Below, piece by piece: positions 14,301 through 27,759 of a stretch of 64,000 nt of DNA; position 1 is the stretch's first letter; each line of letters starts with the position of its first letter. The notes below the pieces were generated by a model that had not been told where the DNA came from, did not search any database, and was given only the letters and a program-made list of their open reading frames with translations. The DNA lies in assembly GCA_036172245.1 (NCBI GenBank), contig JAYWIR010000003.1:5580001-5644000 (forward strand). The letters are read 5' to 3'. A program made the translations under genes and the position numbers. The stretch comes from Raillietiella orientalis. Its lineage: Eukaryota.

Positions 14301-16800
14301 GGGAAAACCGCCTGCCGCACCGCCGAGCGCGCCGCGGAGGAACGATCGCTTCGTTCCGGTAGCGCCTTGGGGTGTTGCGGGACGGAAGGGACGAAGCTTC
14401 TCACGGAGAAGACGGGGGTTTCCCCCACCCTTTGGGGTAGGGCATGAGAAAGGGAAGGGAAGGGGCAACGCGCCGAAGAGATCGCCGCCGTCCCCGGGAG
14501 GGATCGTGTGGAAGCTGCCTGCGCAACACGGGGGGTAGCTCCCATGCGAGCCCCAAAAGGCGGTCGCTTCGGGAAGGGGACCGAACAAGTTTGGGAAGAA
14601 AGGGAGGGCGCCCTTCTCCCCTGCCCCCTCCCCCCCCGTGCAGCCGGATTCGGAACAGGGGCCGAGAATGGGGGCCCGCCACCGGAAGCGGGAGATGCCC
14701 CACGGCCGGTCCAGCCGACCTACGGAGGGGAGGGCTGTCTCCTCGCCGCCCCCGCACCCACATTCCGACCGAATGTGCACGGGCGAAAGGCTGGCATCCC
14801 GCCATCTCGGCGGAGGAGGTGGCGCAGTAAAGCTCCGACCCCTTGCAGAGTCGGGAGGGAAACGGGAACAGGGGGAAAGAGAGGGAGAAGGAGGGGGGAT
14901 ACCAAGCTGCTTACGTCACTCCGCACGCGAGCTTGCGCTCGCGCTCCGCTTCCTGCGACAACCACCCGAGCGTACTCTTAGAGGGAAAGCAAGAAAGCGC
15001 CCCATCGGGCAGGAAAAGAAGCAAGTCACCCGCTGACCCCCTTCTCCTCCCCACCCCCGTTCCGCTGGAGACCCTTCCTTCCCCTTCCGGACTCACCATC
15101 GAGGGCTCCGGCGTCACGCAGCAACCGAACAGGGATACCAGCGACTCACCCGTCATGCTTCGGGCCGGTGGATGGGGTAGAAAGGAGGGGATCGGGGGGA
15201 GGGGGAGGCTTCCGGGGAAGAACTTCAGAGAGCTGCCCGCCGGCGCATCCGCTCGGGCCCACTCGGTCCAATTCCGCTGCTCTCTCCTTCCGCTCCCTGG
15301 GAGCTTGTTCCTTCGGCTGCGCGGGCGGGGGCGCTTGCCTCACGGACGGCGGGCTGGAACCTCCGGTCCACTTCGGGCTTCCTCCTCTTCCTCCGAGACG
15401 GGATGCTGGGGGGACACACGGAACGGGATCCATGACCGAAGCACGTTCGGCGTTGCGCCGCGCCCCCGCGCCGCTGACCCACACAGTTCCCCCCCCCTTT
15501 TCCCTTCCCCGATAAACGGCGAGACCCACTCAAGCCGCCACCACCCTTCCCGATCACGGGCACACACATCATGCCACCACCGAAGGGAGGAACAACACTG
15601 CGCGCCCCACGCGCTCTTCCAGCCTTATGTGCGCGTCGCCGCCGAGGAAGGGGAAACGCGAGCGCCTCCCTCCCGAGCGGCGAGCGCGGGCACAACGCCG
15701 CCGCCATCTAAGAGCAGTGGCAGGAAGCTCGGAGCCCATAAGGGACTAGACTGCTCTCCATCTTCCTCTGCGCCGATTTGAGGGCGCCCATCGGACTAGG
15801 GAGGAAGAAAGAGACGAAGCCACCTCTTCCGCGCCCAGAAACGGGTCAGCGGAGCGAGAGGAGCGGCTTCTTCTTCTCCTCACTTCACAGCAACGGTGCG
15901 CAGGACGACGGCGATTCTGCTGCAATTTTCGGCATCCGGGAAAGACCCCTCCGGAGAGAAGACCCAACGGGTCCCGCTTCCGGAACTGGCAGCTGTAGAA
16001 AGGGGGCTTCCGAGGGATCGCTGCGAGTCACCCTGCCTGGAGAGACATTACCCCTCCTCCTAGGCTCCTGCCTGGGGGCGTACCGCCTCCTTTTTGCTTG
16101 CACAACAGAAGGGCAGGCTCACCGCAGAGCGTTCTCGGCGTGTCGCAACCACGAGAGATCATCGCCTAGGCGCGAGTGCCCACAAGCATCGATGGTACTC
16201 ATCTTTCACCAAGGAGTCTTCTCTCCCTCTTCCTTTGTCTTTCGTTTTCCCTGACTCAGGACGTGACTTTGGTCCGAAAGCGTGTCAGCAGAGACTTTCG
16301 CCCTTGTGCTCCTCCTCCTCCTCCTTCCACTTGCACACCCACCCTCCCGACACATCCGCAAGAGGAAGAGCTGCTGCATCCAGACAGTGCCAGAGGCATC
16401 GCGAAGAGCCAGGCGCTCCAAAGGAAAGGCATAGGACGAGCGCCCGTAACAGTACTGCTCGGCTTTGGCACTCCTCGCGCTGCCTCCAGCTGCCCTCGAA
16501 ACGCAGGCGAAAGTGGAGGAAAGGCAAAGCGACGGGAGGAGGCGTCGGTAGAACTCTCCCTCCCTCCAGAGGAGCAACCCTAAAGCGCAGGCGACCCAAG
16601 AGGAAAATCCTCCTCCTCTCGGAACTGGGTGAAAACCTCCCTCCTGGGGAAGAATTTCAAGACGAGGTGCACAGCGGCGCCTAGCAGCCGAGCTGCAAGA
16701 GAGTCGGCAAACTGCGATAAATCCCGATCCATGAGGCCGCCCACGAGCGCGACCTCACGCATCAGGTTTCGTCAATAGCGCCGCCCACTTCCGTCTAACC
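8400..16800. other. Very GC- and CpG-rich domain around CDC42SE
   Basis: Visibly dense CG/CGCG content and many overlapping Arg/Gly/Pro/Ala-rich ORFs in all frames. Boundaries approximate. Confidence 0.7.
13555..15156 (-). CDS. CDC42SE: CDC42 small effector protein (SPEC/CDC42SE family), 77 aa, complement(join(13555..13728,15097..15156))
   Basis: Exon 1 MTGESLVSLFGCCVTPEPSM ends at ATG|GTGAGT. The 1368-bp phase-0 intron ends in CTGAC..cttctcccgtgttgCAG. Exon 2 reads KRRRISPAMIGKPTNFQHTIHIGS...LQDHMMSKGGY...*. The di-cysteine, basic patch, CRIB motif and QxxMxSKGGY tail are family hallmarks. Confidence 0.95.
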
Positions 16801-18249
16801 CCCCTGCACCCCAGCCTAGAGAAAACGAAATCCCTGAATGCAGGAGCTTCCGACGGGGGATGCGAAGAGCACCTCTGGAGCCAACTGTTTTGGTCTTCGA
16901 AAACAGCAGACTCCTCGCCCGCGGCATCTTCGAAACATCTCCGCTGACTCCGAGCACTCTTCAGGTTTCTCGAGAGCTCAAGTGAAGAGAGAGTGAAAAG
17001 AGAGAGAGTGAAAGGAAGAGAAGGTGAGAAGAGATTCCGCCAAGTTGTGGTCCGTCGCCGAGTCCCCTCCGATGTACGTCTGCATTGCAAAGTTGGATGC
17101 ATCCGGAAGATGTCTCTCCTGCTCGAACCCTCGGCCTCGTAATCAGCTGTTCCAGAAGGCGAGCATCCTCTTCCTTTGTACCCCTCTCCAGTAAATCCAT
17201 GGCATTCTCTAGTTGATCCTCCTTTTGAAAAGATTAGCTATCATCTGAGAGGTACATCCTTTGAGATCGTGGCATCTTCCAGATGGCTCGCGTCATCTTG
17301 GAAAACCATCCTACCATCTCCATGATGGTTTCCTGTACTTCAGATTTTTATGCCCAGCATGTCTTCGCTGCCCGGAGACGTCCTGTTCAGCTGGATCTCC
17401 AAGAAGCATTTCATCTGCAACATGTGGGATGCTTTGCTTCGAGAAGCAGGATGGTCGTCTTGAAAGAGTGGGATGTGTGATCCTACGGCTTTGTCTTGGT
17501 TCTGATATTCATCTAGGATCTCTGTTTACTGACTCATCCCTCTAGTCCCCTCTCCCCAACTGCCAGGACTACTTTTATTATCCTTTGTCCAGACGAGCTT
17601 TGGACGAGCTTGCACAAGGCTACATTACCCCTCCCCTCCTTCTTTCTGGGCTAGAATGGTCTTAAAGCGCGTTGAGCAGATGCATTCATAGATCTCGGAA
17701 GCTCGTTGGAGACTCTGAAGCTCTTCTTCCTCCTCTCAGTCTTCTCAGTGCCACAATCCGGATTGTTCCCTTCGAACTTGAGCATACCAAGGTCTCCATC
17801 TATGTCTGAAGACCTTATGTAGCTCTTTTTATTTCCTGCTCTTCACTTCAGCGCCTCCATGTTAAACCACCGAGATCCAGTTGTTCTCCTCTTCCCTTCT
17901 GCGACCTTAGTCGCAATCCAAGACGATGTAAAAATGTGAGAGAAGCGCGCCACGGAGGTGTCCGTCGAAGGTTGCATGTGCTGTTCTTCCCTCAGGGTCT
18001 CTTGATCTTTTGCTCCTCGGTGCTCATGGAAACCACTCGAACCGAAATCCACGCGACGCAGATCTGGCAAAAAGAGGGAGGCAGGCTCGATTATTCGACA
18101 ACGGCAGTCATCTGGAGCACCTTCGATCCCGACCTTAGTCCGACAAGTCGAAGGCTGCTTCGTGGAAGGTAGGCAAAGAACGAAACGCGAGCGCAGCCTC
18201 GCTTAGAGGACATGCGAGCAATCAGACATCTCTGAAAGAGAATTCACAA

Positions 18250-20000
18250 GCTCTTCAAGAATGAAGGTGGAATCTGAGGAACCACTGGCACACGGATGGC
18301 ACCAGGCTCGGTTAGGGGGATAGCGGATGCTTTCGGCAATGGAAATATGAGTTGCGTTTCTCTGGAAGAGAGAGATGACTTTCCCCAACAGTGTCTCTGA
18401 GAATCCTTTCGAGATGCGAGAAAGCGGCTATCGGTGGTTCTTGGTACTCAGACCTACCAGAAGCTCCACCCCGTGTGCTCAGCGAGTCTCAGGTTCCTGG
18501 AAATCATCCTCTCGGCATCCGAGAATTGCAAGAGTGCGCGGACGGTGCCCCACGGAGAAGTGGTCCCAGAATGATGCACTACGAAGGCAGCGAGGGTTTC
18601 AACAGAAACAGATGTGGGGCGGCAACAGATTCAAACGTGCTTCGGTCTCGGAACAGCGTTGCAGCAAAATAGCCGTTGCGGATCTCCGAGCATCCCATCA
18701 CTGGGATTTTGCATTTTCCGGAGCGGAAAACGCAGCTCGAACGCATGGAATCTTCTCCGTTGGCCCAAGCGCTCTTCAGAATCCTTTTAAGGGCTATTGT
18801 CGTTACTCTGAGCGACAGCTCTGCCTCGTGTCCTCCGCGATTCCCCTGATGCCCTCCGTCCCGAATCGACCCCAGGCTTTTGGCGACGGAGGTCGTCGAC
18901 GTCGCATACGTTATTGTCGCATACATCATCCGTACAGTCGTTAGTCGAGAACACTCCAGAATGAAACGTGAGAGAAAAACCGGAGGACAAAAACCTGATT
19001 CAAAGGGGAAATCGCTCATGTTCACCGTTCCCATTGACACGCTTAGGGGGAGTACTGAGTAGGTCGACCAGGCATGCCTGTTGATTTGCTAAGGTTCCCA
19101 GGATGGAAGCTCCTACGATCTGATTCGTCAAAGATAAGAGACGGGGCAACCATTGGAGAATTTTTGAAACAGGTTATTTAACTTGGGGTTACCGTATTGG
19201 ACTCCGGACATGGACGCCGAAAGTCCCTGGAACCTCCAGAGACGTGCAATGATTATCCTTTGGGGGATGGTAGAATGGGCTTTGTATCCCGGATACGAAT
19301 GCACGGAGGAGGAGGCAGAGGAAGGGACTGGTTGCCAAGAAGGTCATGTTTACAGGAAGAAGCACCGCTGCTTCCAAATTCTTCGAAACCGCATGCCTTC
19401 CCTTTCTGAAGTTGTGCTCGTGCTTGTGTACATTGTACCGGTTTTTCTCTCCTGAGAGGGCTCTGCGAACAGTGGCTTTTCCCTCAGATACGCAGGAGAT
19501 ACCCAGACGCTCGTGTAAGCTCACTTTCCATATCTCACATGAGGTCAGGAAACCGGCCTCGATGAACGTCGAAGACGGAACGAACGTCAAGCCACTGGTT
19601 CGTTCCGTCACGTCTTAGCTAGTACCGACCCCCTTCATCCCGTAGGCAGGGTGGAACATCACCACTTTCAGTAAATCGACAACTCCCCATTGGATCATGG
19701 AAACCCCTCAGACCTCGCTACAGAATTTCGAACCGAGCTACTCGGTCGGTCGGTTAAGAGCACAGCCCCCTCGCAGCCTCGTCCCCCATGTCTGCTGCAC
19801 CCTCTCGCACTTTCATTCCTCCTCGACTTTTCCGATATTTGCTTATTGTCACCGTCGGCAGAAGAGGAAGGGGACGGAGAAGGAGGGATTTCATGGAATC
19901 TGAGAACAAAGAGCAAAGCCCCCCCCAGCCGTGAGTGCAAGCTCTGCCATGGGCACAGGACGGGAGAAGCCTCCCAGAAAAAAAAAGCAGGTCCACCCGA
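18250..20000 (+). mobile_element. Decayed non-LTR (L1/Tx1-like) ORF2: RT plus C-terminal Cys motif
   Basis: ORF 18375..18944 has colinear RT remnants (YRWFLVL ~ YRPISLL, QRGF, AVADL..WDF, ERQLCLVS ~ VRQGCPLS, AFGD ~ FADD), followed by LGLP/LGVT at ~19183 and RECKLC at ~19930. Confidence 0.45.
19574..19609. repeat. Perfect 12-bp inverted repeat, 12-nt loop
   Basis: GACGGAACGAAC (19574-19585) and GTTCGTTCCGTC (19598-19609). Confidence 0.95.
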
Positions 20001-23000
20001 TGAAGATACTTGCGCTCGGGAGGTTTGAGAGGAGCACGAGATGCTGCCTGCATCTGGTTCCAGCGAAAGAGTCTTCTCGAAGAATCCTCATGACTAAGAT
20101 GCAGCTTGGGAGAAGAAAGGGAAAAAAGAATGCATCTATGCTTAGAACAGCAGCTGGCACACGAGGCGGCAGAAGTTCAAGAGAGTACTTAACGGAGGAA
20201 GCAAAGATTTACTCGTGAGCATGATCGTGCTGGATTTCGGTGACCATAAATCAGTAACAGGAAGCTGGAAATCGGCGGAATGCACGAAAACAGTTTGAAT
20301 GACCCGCAAGTATCAAGCAAAACGTCCTCCTTCCCGTGGGAGCTCTCGCCAAACTCCTCTCCGCTACGTCCGAAGAGATTTCATGTCGATCCCAGTCAGC
20401 GACACCTCCAATCATCAGAAGATGTACGAGCGCGGAGATGGGTGGTATCAAGGATGGATGTTAAAGAGCTCCGACAAGCAGTCGAAGGAGAACAGGCGAA
20501 GAATTTCGGAGCGTTAGCGTGACCTGATCGTTGGTGTCGTTCGATTCCGTTCTGCCCATCCATGTCGAACGCACCCAGTTGGTACGTTCGAAAATTTTCG
20601 GCCCCCGTGCCACGCCAGTTCGTGAAAAACGCCGTCACGTGATGGCTTCACCCAAGGCTGATCGATGCAAATCTGCAACAAGATCGCGTTGGGAGGGACG
20701 ACGCGATTCAGGTCGCCGGAGAGACAGCACGCAGAGAGGACCCCCTCCGTTCAGTTCCTCTCGATTCGCAGAGTCAGCCAAGCGGGCTGAAGACCGGGCA
20801 GAGGATTGTCTGCAGGCGAAGCGAAAGCCGGAGAGGAGAAGGATGACGCAGACGGCCACAGGACACAGCGGAGAAAAGAGTTTGCGCGCGCAAGTGCAGG
20901 GCACCAGCGCGAAAGAGAGCAAACTCACGCTGCGGCTTGTTTACCAGATGGAAGTGTAGGATGCAGGAAACATGCGTGGGAGTCTTTCGGGACCAGACAG
21001 AGCCTCAATAAATAACGCCGAACTCTTTTAAGAGCGTCCTGAGATGCGTTCGACCGTTAAAGGCAGCACGGAAAAGAATGAGGTGCGCCCATGTTTTGAG
21101 CCCGCATTGAGGTGGAGGATCGGGCCAAATGAATCAGGAACGACGACCATCGCACCTGAGGCCACGGGGCCTTCAGAACAACTCAGCGGAAGACAAAAAG
21201 GTTGAGAAAGCTCCGAAAGCGGAGACCACCGACTGAACTGAGAGCCTCAGCGGATCACGGAAAGGTAAAAGTGATGAACTGCCGATTCCGAGGGAGCCAC
21301 GTTGTTCGATGCTTTGAACTTTCTCGTGCAGAACGCGTGAGATTCCTGCTGGAAAGAAAGCATGCAGAAGGAAACGACTCTTTTAGAGACACGGGAAGTG
21401 CGCGTGCAGTGGGAAAACAGTTTCTTGGGAAGCTTTTTTTCTTCCTTTTTTTTTTTTTTTTTTTTTTTCCTTGTATGCGAACGTCGGAACCGAAACCAAC
21501 GAGGTTATCGAAGAGAATCTCAGTAACAGTTTATTCATGGTATACACCTGCCAAGAGGGCCTAAACCGACAAACTAGTTTGGAATTTCGGAGGGCGGCCG
21601 AAACGTGGCCCTCTCTTTGATTTCGCTTGCTCTTTTGTAAAAGTTGTTTGCCAAGTTCCGTTGACACGGATTTTAATGAGTGCTTGCCTTGACATTTCCT
21701 TTGCGTCTACCTAGCAACGAGCCACAAGGGCAAACAAGGGCAGCAGTGGTCCCTATCGCGCACTCTGATCCATATCTTCAACGAGGAAGCTTTGTGCCCA
21801 GTCTCAGGAAAACGGACCCACTTCCTTGCTACGATGCTAAAGAAAGGGAGAGGAAGAAAAGGGAATGACACCTGAGAGATCGTGCTTGCTTGAAATGCCA
21901 AGGAGGGAAGCAAAAACGAATGGGAAAACTGAGCAAGTTTATTTTGCTGCGAACGCCTCCACTCCCTTCAGATCTTTGGGAGCTTGCGGACGGCTCCTCA
22001 CCTCGTTGTCATGTGACCATGCAAACGGTCGCAGTCGACTTTCCCAGTATTTTGTGGGGTCGGAGAATCTCGCCCTCTCTCTTTCGAAACCTCCTCATGG
22101 CGAGAGTGTTCCTGGGCTCCCTAGCTCCAGGTATACAAACACAATGGCAGCTGAAACGAACTTCCGTTTATTTGGGGTTTAATAACCCCAAGGCTTCCCT
22201 GATAGGGCTTCACACGTTCGTTCGATGGCGAGGGTTTTCTCTCCAGGATATCGCAACGCAGTCAGGTGCGGATAATGCAAGGTTCCAGAAATACCATAAA
22301 GTTGCTTAATCATAATTGCAGGTGTCGAGTCCTTTGGCTCTCGTACGTGTTATTTCTGAGACCCCCTATTTCCCTTCCGAATGATACGCTTCTTTTACAT
22401 CGCCAAGAACGCTTCCCGTTACTTTGTGAGACGTTTCGCAAGACGATTCTCATTTCCCCGCGTGCGTTTCATGGAAGCAAAAATGAAGGTTCGTGTTGCT
22501 TGGAGGAAAGTGTTCTCGTCGACCCCCCCCCCCCCCGGGGGATCGAGGAAAACACGGGGAAGCTGTGGGATTCGAGGAAATCGATTTTTTTTTTTTTCCA
22601 TGCGAAATCCAGCTATCCTGTGCCTACAAGTCTTGGGTAGTCCCCGCGTTGAGACACTTCCGCTGTAACCTCTCCTTTCTCGTGTTTCTTGGCATCCCCG
22701 AAATCGCCTCGAGCTGCAAAGCATCCGCCCATTGAAGGGAAACCACGGATATCGCCCGTGGAAGTATCAAAAAGCAAAAAAAGGGGGAAAAAAAAAAAAA
22801 AAAAAAAAACATGCTGTCTACGTGATCGTTGAAAAAGTGCGGTGTCTCTCGAATCCACCGAGTTACCTGGAAAAAGACGCAAGCATTTCTACGGTTTCTT
22901 CCACAAGCTGCGAGAAACGGGATGGGAGGAGAGGGGGGGCAGGAATGCAATGCATCAATGTATACGTGTGTGTACTGATAAATCACCACGCAACGAAGGC

Positions 23001-25440
23001 TCCAATTGTATCGACCCCCTACCTAATCAATCAAGCCCTGCCTACAGAATCGTAATGGATTCGTACTCGGGAAGTGTAAAAGTCACGCTGGTCGTGGTGC
23101 AAAGAATCCCAAAGCAGCACCCATTCGAACATCTCTTGAGCAAGGGATATGAGGAACCATAAAGATCGCGACAAGGGAAGCAATCGGAACATCGAAAACG
23201 GCGGATGAAAGTTTCCCTTAATAATAAGTTCGGTGAAGCACATGAGCAGAGATTAAAAGCAATCGGCGCCGCATCGTTTTGAGTTTGTCAAGGCGGGCCA
23301 CAGGGGGACTTGTCACGCCCGGGGCAATTCGATCGAGACCGAAACTGTCTACCCAGCAAGCTTTTTACGAACGCTCGCTTTGTCCAGATTTGCCGGACGA
23401 CAGGAAATTTCGATAAATTGCACGTACGCAATTTTGTACAGTGCGAGGAGTATTGGGTTCTCCTTGATCCCAGAAGTCGATGACTACCGTTCCATGAAAT
23501 TCTTGGCACGTTAGAAGAAATGCCGTGGTTCTTGGTGCCTCGGTGAACGGGTTGGACTGCCATCTCAAATAAAACAAAGTAGCGACACGGAAACCAAAAC
23601 CAAGTGCATTCTCAACGAGAGAAGATTAGAAGTCTCAGAAGAGATCGTTTCCTTAGGGGAACGCTCACGTAAGGAACCCTTAATGACCGATAATTCTTGT
23701 GCTTAAGGAAATGCTTATCCAGCCAGGGCATGACTGTGTACCTGGAGTGAGTATTTGGGAGGCCCATTCTGCTTTATTATGGAAAGTCCCCTCCTTAGAT
23801 GAAAAGGGGGGAAAAAAATCTTTCGAATTTTTAGAGCACCGGATGCTATTTTGAGAACTGGAAGTAGATGTGGGAAATGTGATATCTCTTTTGCTCCTAG
23901 GATGATAAGCCGGGTGACGTAGCACGTGTCGTTGCGTGGCTCGGTGAAAACGTATCTATCTGATGAAAATTCCATCTTCAGTCGGAGAATCTCCCATCGG
24001 AGCATGGGGGAAACGCCGCCGCTGGAGGAAAGGGATCGTTTCTTCCAGGTGACTGTCTTTATAAAGAGACGCTCGTGTTTCGGGAATGAATCCGACTCGA
24101 AAGTAGGGCTCGAGTTTACATGGTGGGCAGCCATTGATCGCGGATCTCTACGATCAAGTCTGCGGCCAGCGCTGGGCATCTTTTGTTTCGCATTCCCTTC
24201 TTATTCTTTACGAATAATAATCGCTTCCAGAAAGGATATTCCAGAACAGTCTGCCATTTGGATTCGTCCTTGAGCATACCTTAGCATGGCATGAAGATAT
24301 TCGCATTCAAGTTCATATTGGATGCAACAAATTTAAGATGCACGTGAATCTGCAGTCGTGGTTTCAACGAAAACTCCGAACGCCTTGATTATCTTGTGGG
24401 CCTCTGTACCGTGGAGGATGATGTACGTCTCGACGCTTTAACTAACTAATAAAGAATTTCACTGGTAAGTAAGCAGCGACCTCCGATTCCTCTGATTTTC
24501 TTTTGATAAACGCACCCGGGTGAAATTCCTTTGCTGCCTTTATTGGAGCAATTTGAATTATAAGTCAGCAGCAATCATTTCTCTCACCGATGAAGGCCGT
24601 CGGTGAAACAAGCAAAAGATGTATTCGGAGAAGGGAAAGTCTGACTTGCATCTCGATTTCGGGACTACAAACGTTCCGTCTTGAATTCTCCGGGATTCTC
24701 ACATGCGTGGAGACACGCGCAGCTGCTGTTCCGAAACGGAAAATCCGACGGCCCGCGACGTTTACTCGAACGGCTCCTGCCGCTCGAGATCGCCTAGGAT
24801 GCTGCCAAACATCGGCGTGCCGCAAAGATGGGAACCGCTTTCTGTCGTATTGCCATTCGAGGCGTTCAACACGTCGTGTTTTGGTACGGAGAGATTCCCG
24901 AAGCGGGATCCCGTCGTCGGAGAGGTTGCGCGTAGGCGTTAGGATGAAAGCGGACGCATGCTCCCGCGATCCTTCGAGCTCGTTACATCCCATCCCTTTG
25001 TCTTCTCCAGACGGATGGGATACGGATACCTTCAGAGGTGTCTTCTTTGTTCCTTCCATCTCATGAAAATCCCATCCTCGTAAGCAGCTTAACGTTTCTC
25101 ATTGATGAGTCTGATTTGCCCCTGGATGACTGAAAAATGGGCCACCTGTGGCGCAGTGCAAGTACCTCAGCCAGAACGGTTGCACCCCACAGGAAAACTG
25201 CCGCGGAAGAGTCCCGAAGGTCAAAGGGCATCATCACGTTAGACAGTTCCGCTAAAAAAGAAACCACTGCCAGACAAACAAACGAGGGTTCTGCTATCAG
25301 CATCCATTGCAGCAGTAGCGCACCTGGAGTGCGGAAGTGGATCATCTACTGGTCGCAAAAGAAAGCAGGGTTCCTGCTGCTGCAGCGAGGGAACGCTTCC
25401 CAATTTCTCTGAAGGGTCCGCTTCCGGAAGAAAGCAGCGC

Positions 25441-25640
25441 ACTTCTTGACACTCTGTAGAGGTATCCATCCAACCAGCTCCATGGTGCTCTATGGAGGGT
25501 CCGCTCACCTAGAGGGAGGGGAGGAAGGACGACTCCACTTTCACAACCGGGAGAGAATCCCGAAGAGAATCGGTGCGCTCCCTGATCCCTGGAAGCGACT
25601 CCGGAGGGTCGACTGTCGGCTCCAGCGGGGACATTCGGTT
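25441..25640 (+). repeat. Unclassified dispersed repeat, copy 1
   Basis: Shares cagctccatggt....atggagggtcc and ctggaag.gactcc.gagg.tcgact with 28060-28195, and ttg(a)cactctgt..agagg with 52123. Confidence 0.65.
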
Positions 25641-25678
25641 TCCAATAGTGGCGTTTCCACTGGGACGGTGACCTGAGA

Positions 25679-25732
25679 ATTCTGACTCTGGAGCGAATGG
25701 AGCTGCAATTCCATTCGCTCCAGAGTCAGAAT
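25679..25732. repeat. Perfect 23-bp inverted repeat, 8-nt loop
   Basis: ATTCTGACTCTGGAGCGAATGGA (25679-25701) and TCCATTCGCTCCAGAGTCAGAAT (25710-25732), followed by a duplicated CTCCAGTTTCGAAC that forms a second small hairpin. Confidence 0.97.
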
Positions 25733-27084
25733 CACCTCCAGTTTCGAACTGGAGCTCCAGTTTCGAACACTGGACCTCATGGAAAAATTCTGGAGCACCA
25801 CCAGGTGCCAACCTGCACGTCTTCTCGTATAACAAGCCACCGGTAGCGTGGGACTCGCGTCCTTCCTTGCGCACCCTCCACGCAAGGCGGACTGCACCTG
25901 CGGCAGGCGGCCACCCTGGCGAGGAAAAACACATGGATCTCGTGCTGCCCCCCACGAAGGGTAGTGTCTGGTTGCAGGGAACCGTTCACACGTGAACGAT
26001 GATCCATGAGCCAAGCTCGGAACAGGTGCGACGTTTCCTGTACGCGCTCAACAACTGCACGCTCTGGGAGATCCTGGAAGATCCCGTAAAGAGTGCGTGG
26101 GCAAGCAAAATCTCCCTCGCTGACGCGCTGCCCTCTCTTAGGGAACACACGGACCGCAGCCTTACGGCGAGACGGGAGGTTACTGTGGAAATCTTTGAAA
26201 GGAGAAGAGGACTGGGCAAGTAGACAACGGGCCAGCTCACCGACGCTACAACACCGAGTGCTCGACCTCGTGGACTTTTGCGCTGAGGCGTGCTACTCGG
26301 TATTCCAGAGGAAGACCTGCAGTGGCCCCCCCGGTGCTCATGGACACCGCACCCTTTCCTTAAAGTGGCTGGAGTCGGCATTGATGCTGCTGCACTGGGG
26401 TCTTCCGTGCAACGCCCGCCGGCATCTGTGGACACAATTGTGTGTGAACCCAAGCTGTGCAAAGTGCGGGAATCCCTCCCGCACCTGCTAGTGGGCTATG
26501 TTGCCCTCCGGCCTCCCGACGCTTTGCCGCGATCCTTAGAACCCCCGGCGGCAATGCCAGAGACGTTGTAAAGCGCCTCTTTCTGTGCGATACCACCCGA
26601 GGTGCGAATATTTCCTCACGCCGGCCGCATCCCCAGCAGCACTGTGCTGCCCATCGGAGGGATAGTGGCTGCATGGAGTAACAACGCCAGAGGAGGCCAG
26701 GACGACAGAAACGCCATCTATTTTTCTGTCCTCTTCATGAGGATAGCGTTACGATAGCCCCATCTGGGAACCATAAAACAGGAACTTGCCGGCATCCTTG
26801 CAAGGATGCAGAGGACACCCTCCAGCGCACAGTGATCGCTTCCCAAACCCCCTTCCCATTTTCTGACTACATTTTTCGTTTTTTTTTTTTTTTGTCTCCC
26901 CTTCTCTTGTGCTGCTGAGTCGAACACCGCTGATCTGCGTGCCAGACCTCGGCAGGCTCCTTTTCGTATCCAAATGCAACGTGTATCCATAAGTAAACCC
27001 ATAAGTAACGTGGCAGGATCAAGCGTCCCACCGACATGTATGTTTATTTCTTATAAATAAACGCCCCCGAGTGACCAGGTGTCA

Positions 27085-27268
27085 ACCAGTGTCACACCTG
27101 GCCTATCAAGGCCAACCAGCGTCGTCCTGCGTGCGGGGGGGATTCGAAACCTACCCCCCCCCCCCCCCCGCTCTCGACGTCGACTCTCCCTTCCCCGGAC
27201 GGCATTCGAACCCGCGACGCCTGGTGGTGCCACACGGCCGACAACGTATCCACACGGCGGCCATCCAC
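27085..27268 (-). mobile_element. tRNA-derived SINE, copy A (two B-box-like motifs)
   Basis: Minus strand: tggcc..gtgg (A-box-like), GGGTTCGAATGCC and a second GGTTTCGAATCCC. Alignable by eye with 28238-28396. Confidence 0.65.
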
Positions 27269-27759
27269 GTTGATGCAGACCCCTACGTTTCCAGACGGTC
27301 CTACGTTGTCAGGCCGTTCAAGCATGATCCCACCTGCTTTCTAATGGACTCTCATGCTGAACACACCGCCTCCATCTAAGATGAGAGCTTCCTGCTTGGC
27401 TGCAGAAACCGCGTAGCTCTCTGGAAGTCTCAGATCACTTCGGATTCCTCACTACTCCGGGAGTTGTTGCTTTTTTATTTCTTTTCTTTTCTTTTCTTGG
27501 GCTCCCCAGTTTGTTTTTTGTTTGTTTGTTTGTTGCTGTTCTTTAGGACACGACCCTCAAAGGAAGCAGCAAAGTGAAAAGTCATTCAAAGAGGAAGCTG
27601 CATCTCTGCTGCTCAGAAACTTCCTTCCATCGAGGAAAGGGCTGCCATGGTTTTTTCGGCGACTATAGAGAACCAGCTGAGATTGGATTGAATTCTGGAG
27701 ACCACCGTCGGCCTATTCTAAAGATAGGGAGTACCCTGGGAGGGTACCACTCTATGAAT

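Larger units (their letters stand above)
24800..26600 (+). mobile_element. Decayed non-LTR retrotransposon ORF2 remnants
   Basis: LSVVLPFEAFN (~LD.EKAFD) and RVGVR near 24840-24945; C-terminal CEPKLCKVRESLPHLL (~C..C..E...HL) at 26443-26490. Interrupted by other repeats. Confidence 0.35.

Noticed and set aside
16960..18070. Possible endogenous viral or other coding remnant on the minus strand
   Set aside because: Protein-like fragments with many stops but no motif I can name; needs a translated search.
27190..27268. Functional tRNA gene
   Set aside because: No convincing acceptor stem or cloverleaf, and homology with a second copy extends into a non-tRNA body, so it is a SINE.
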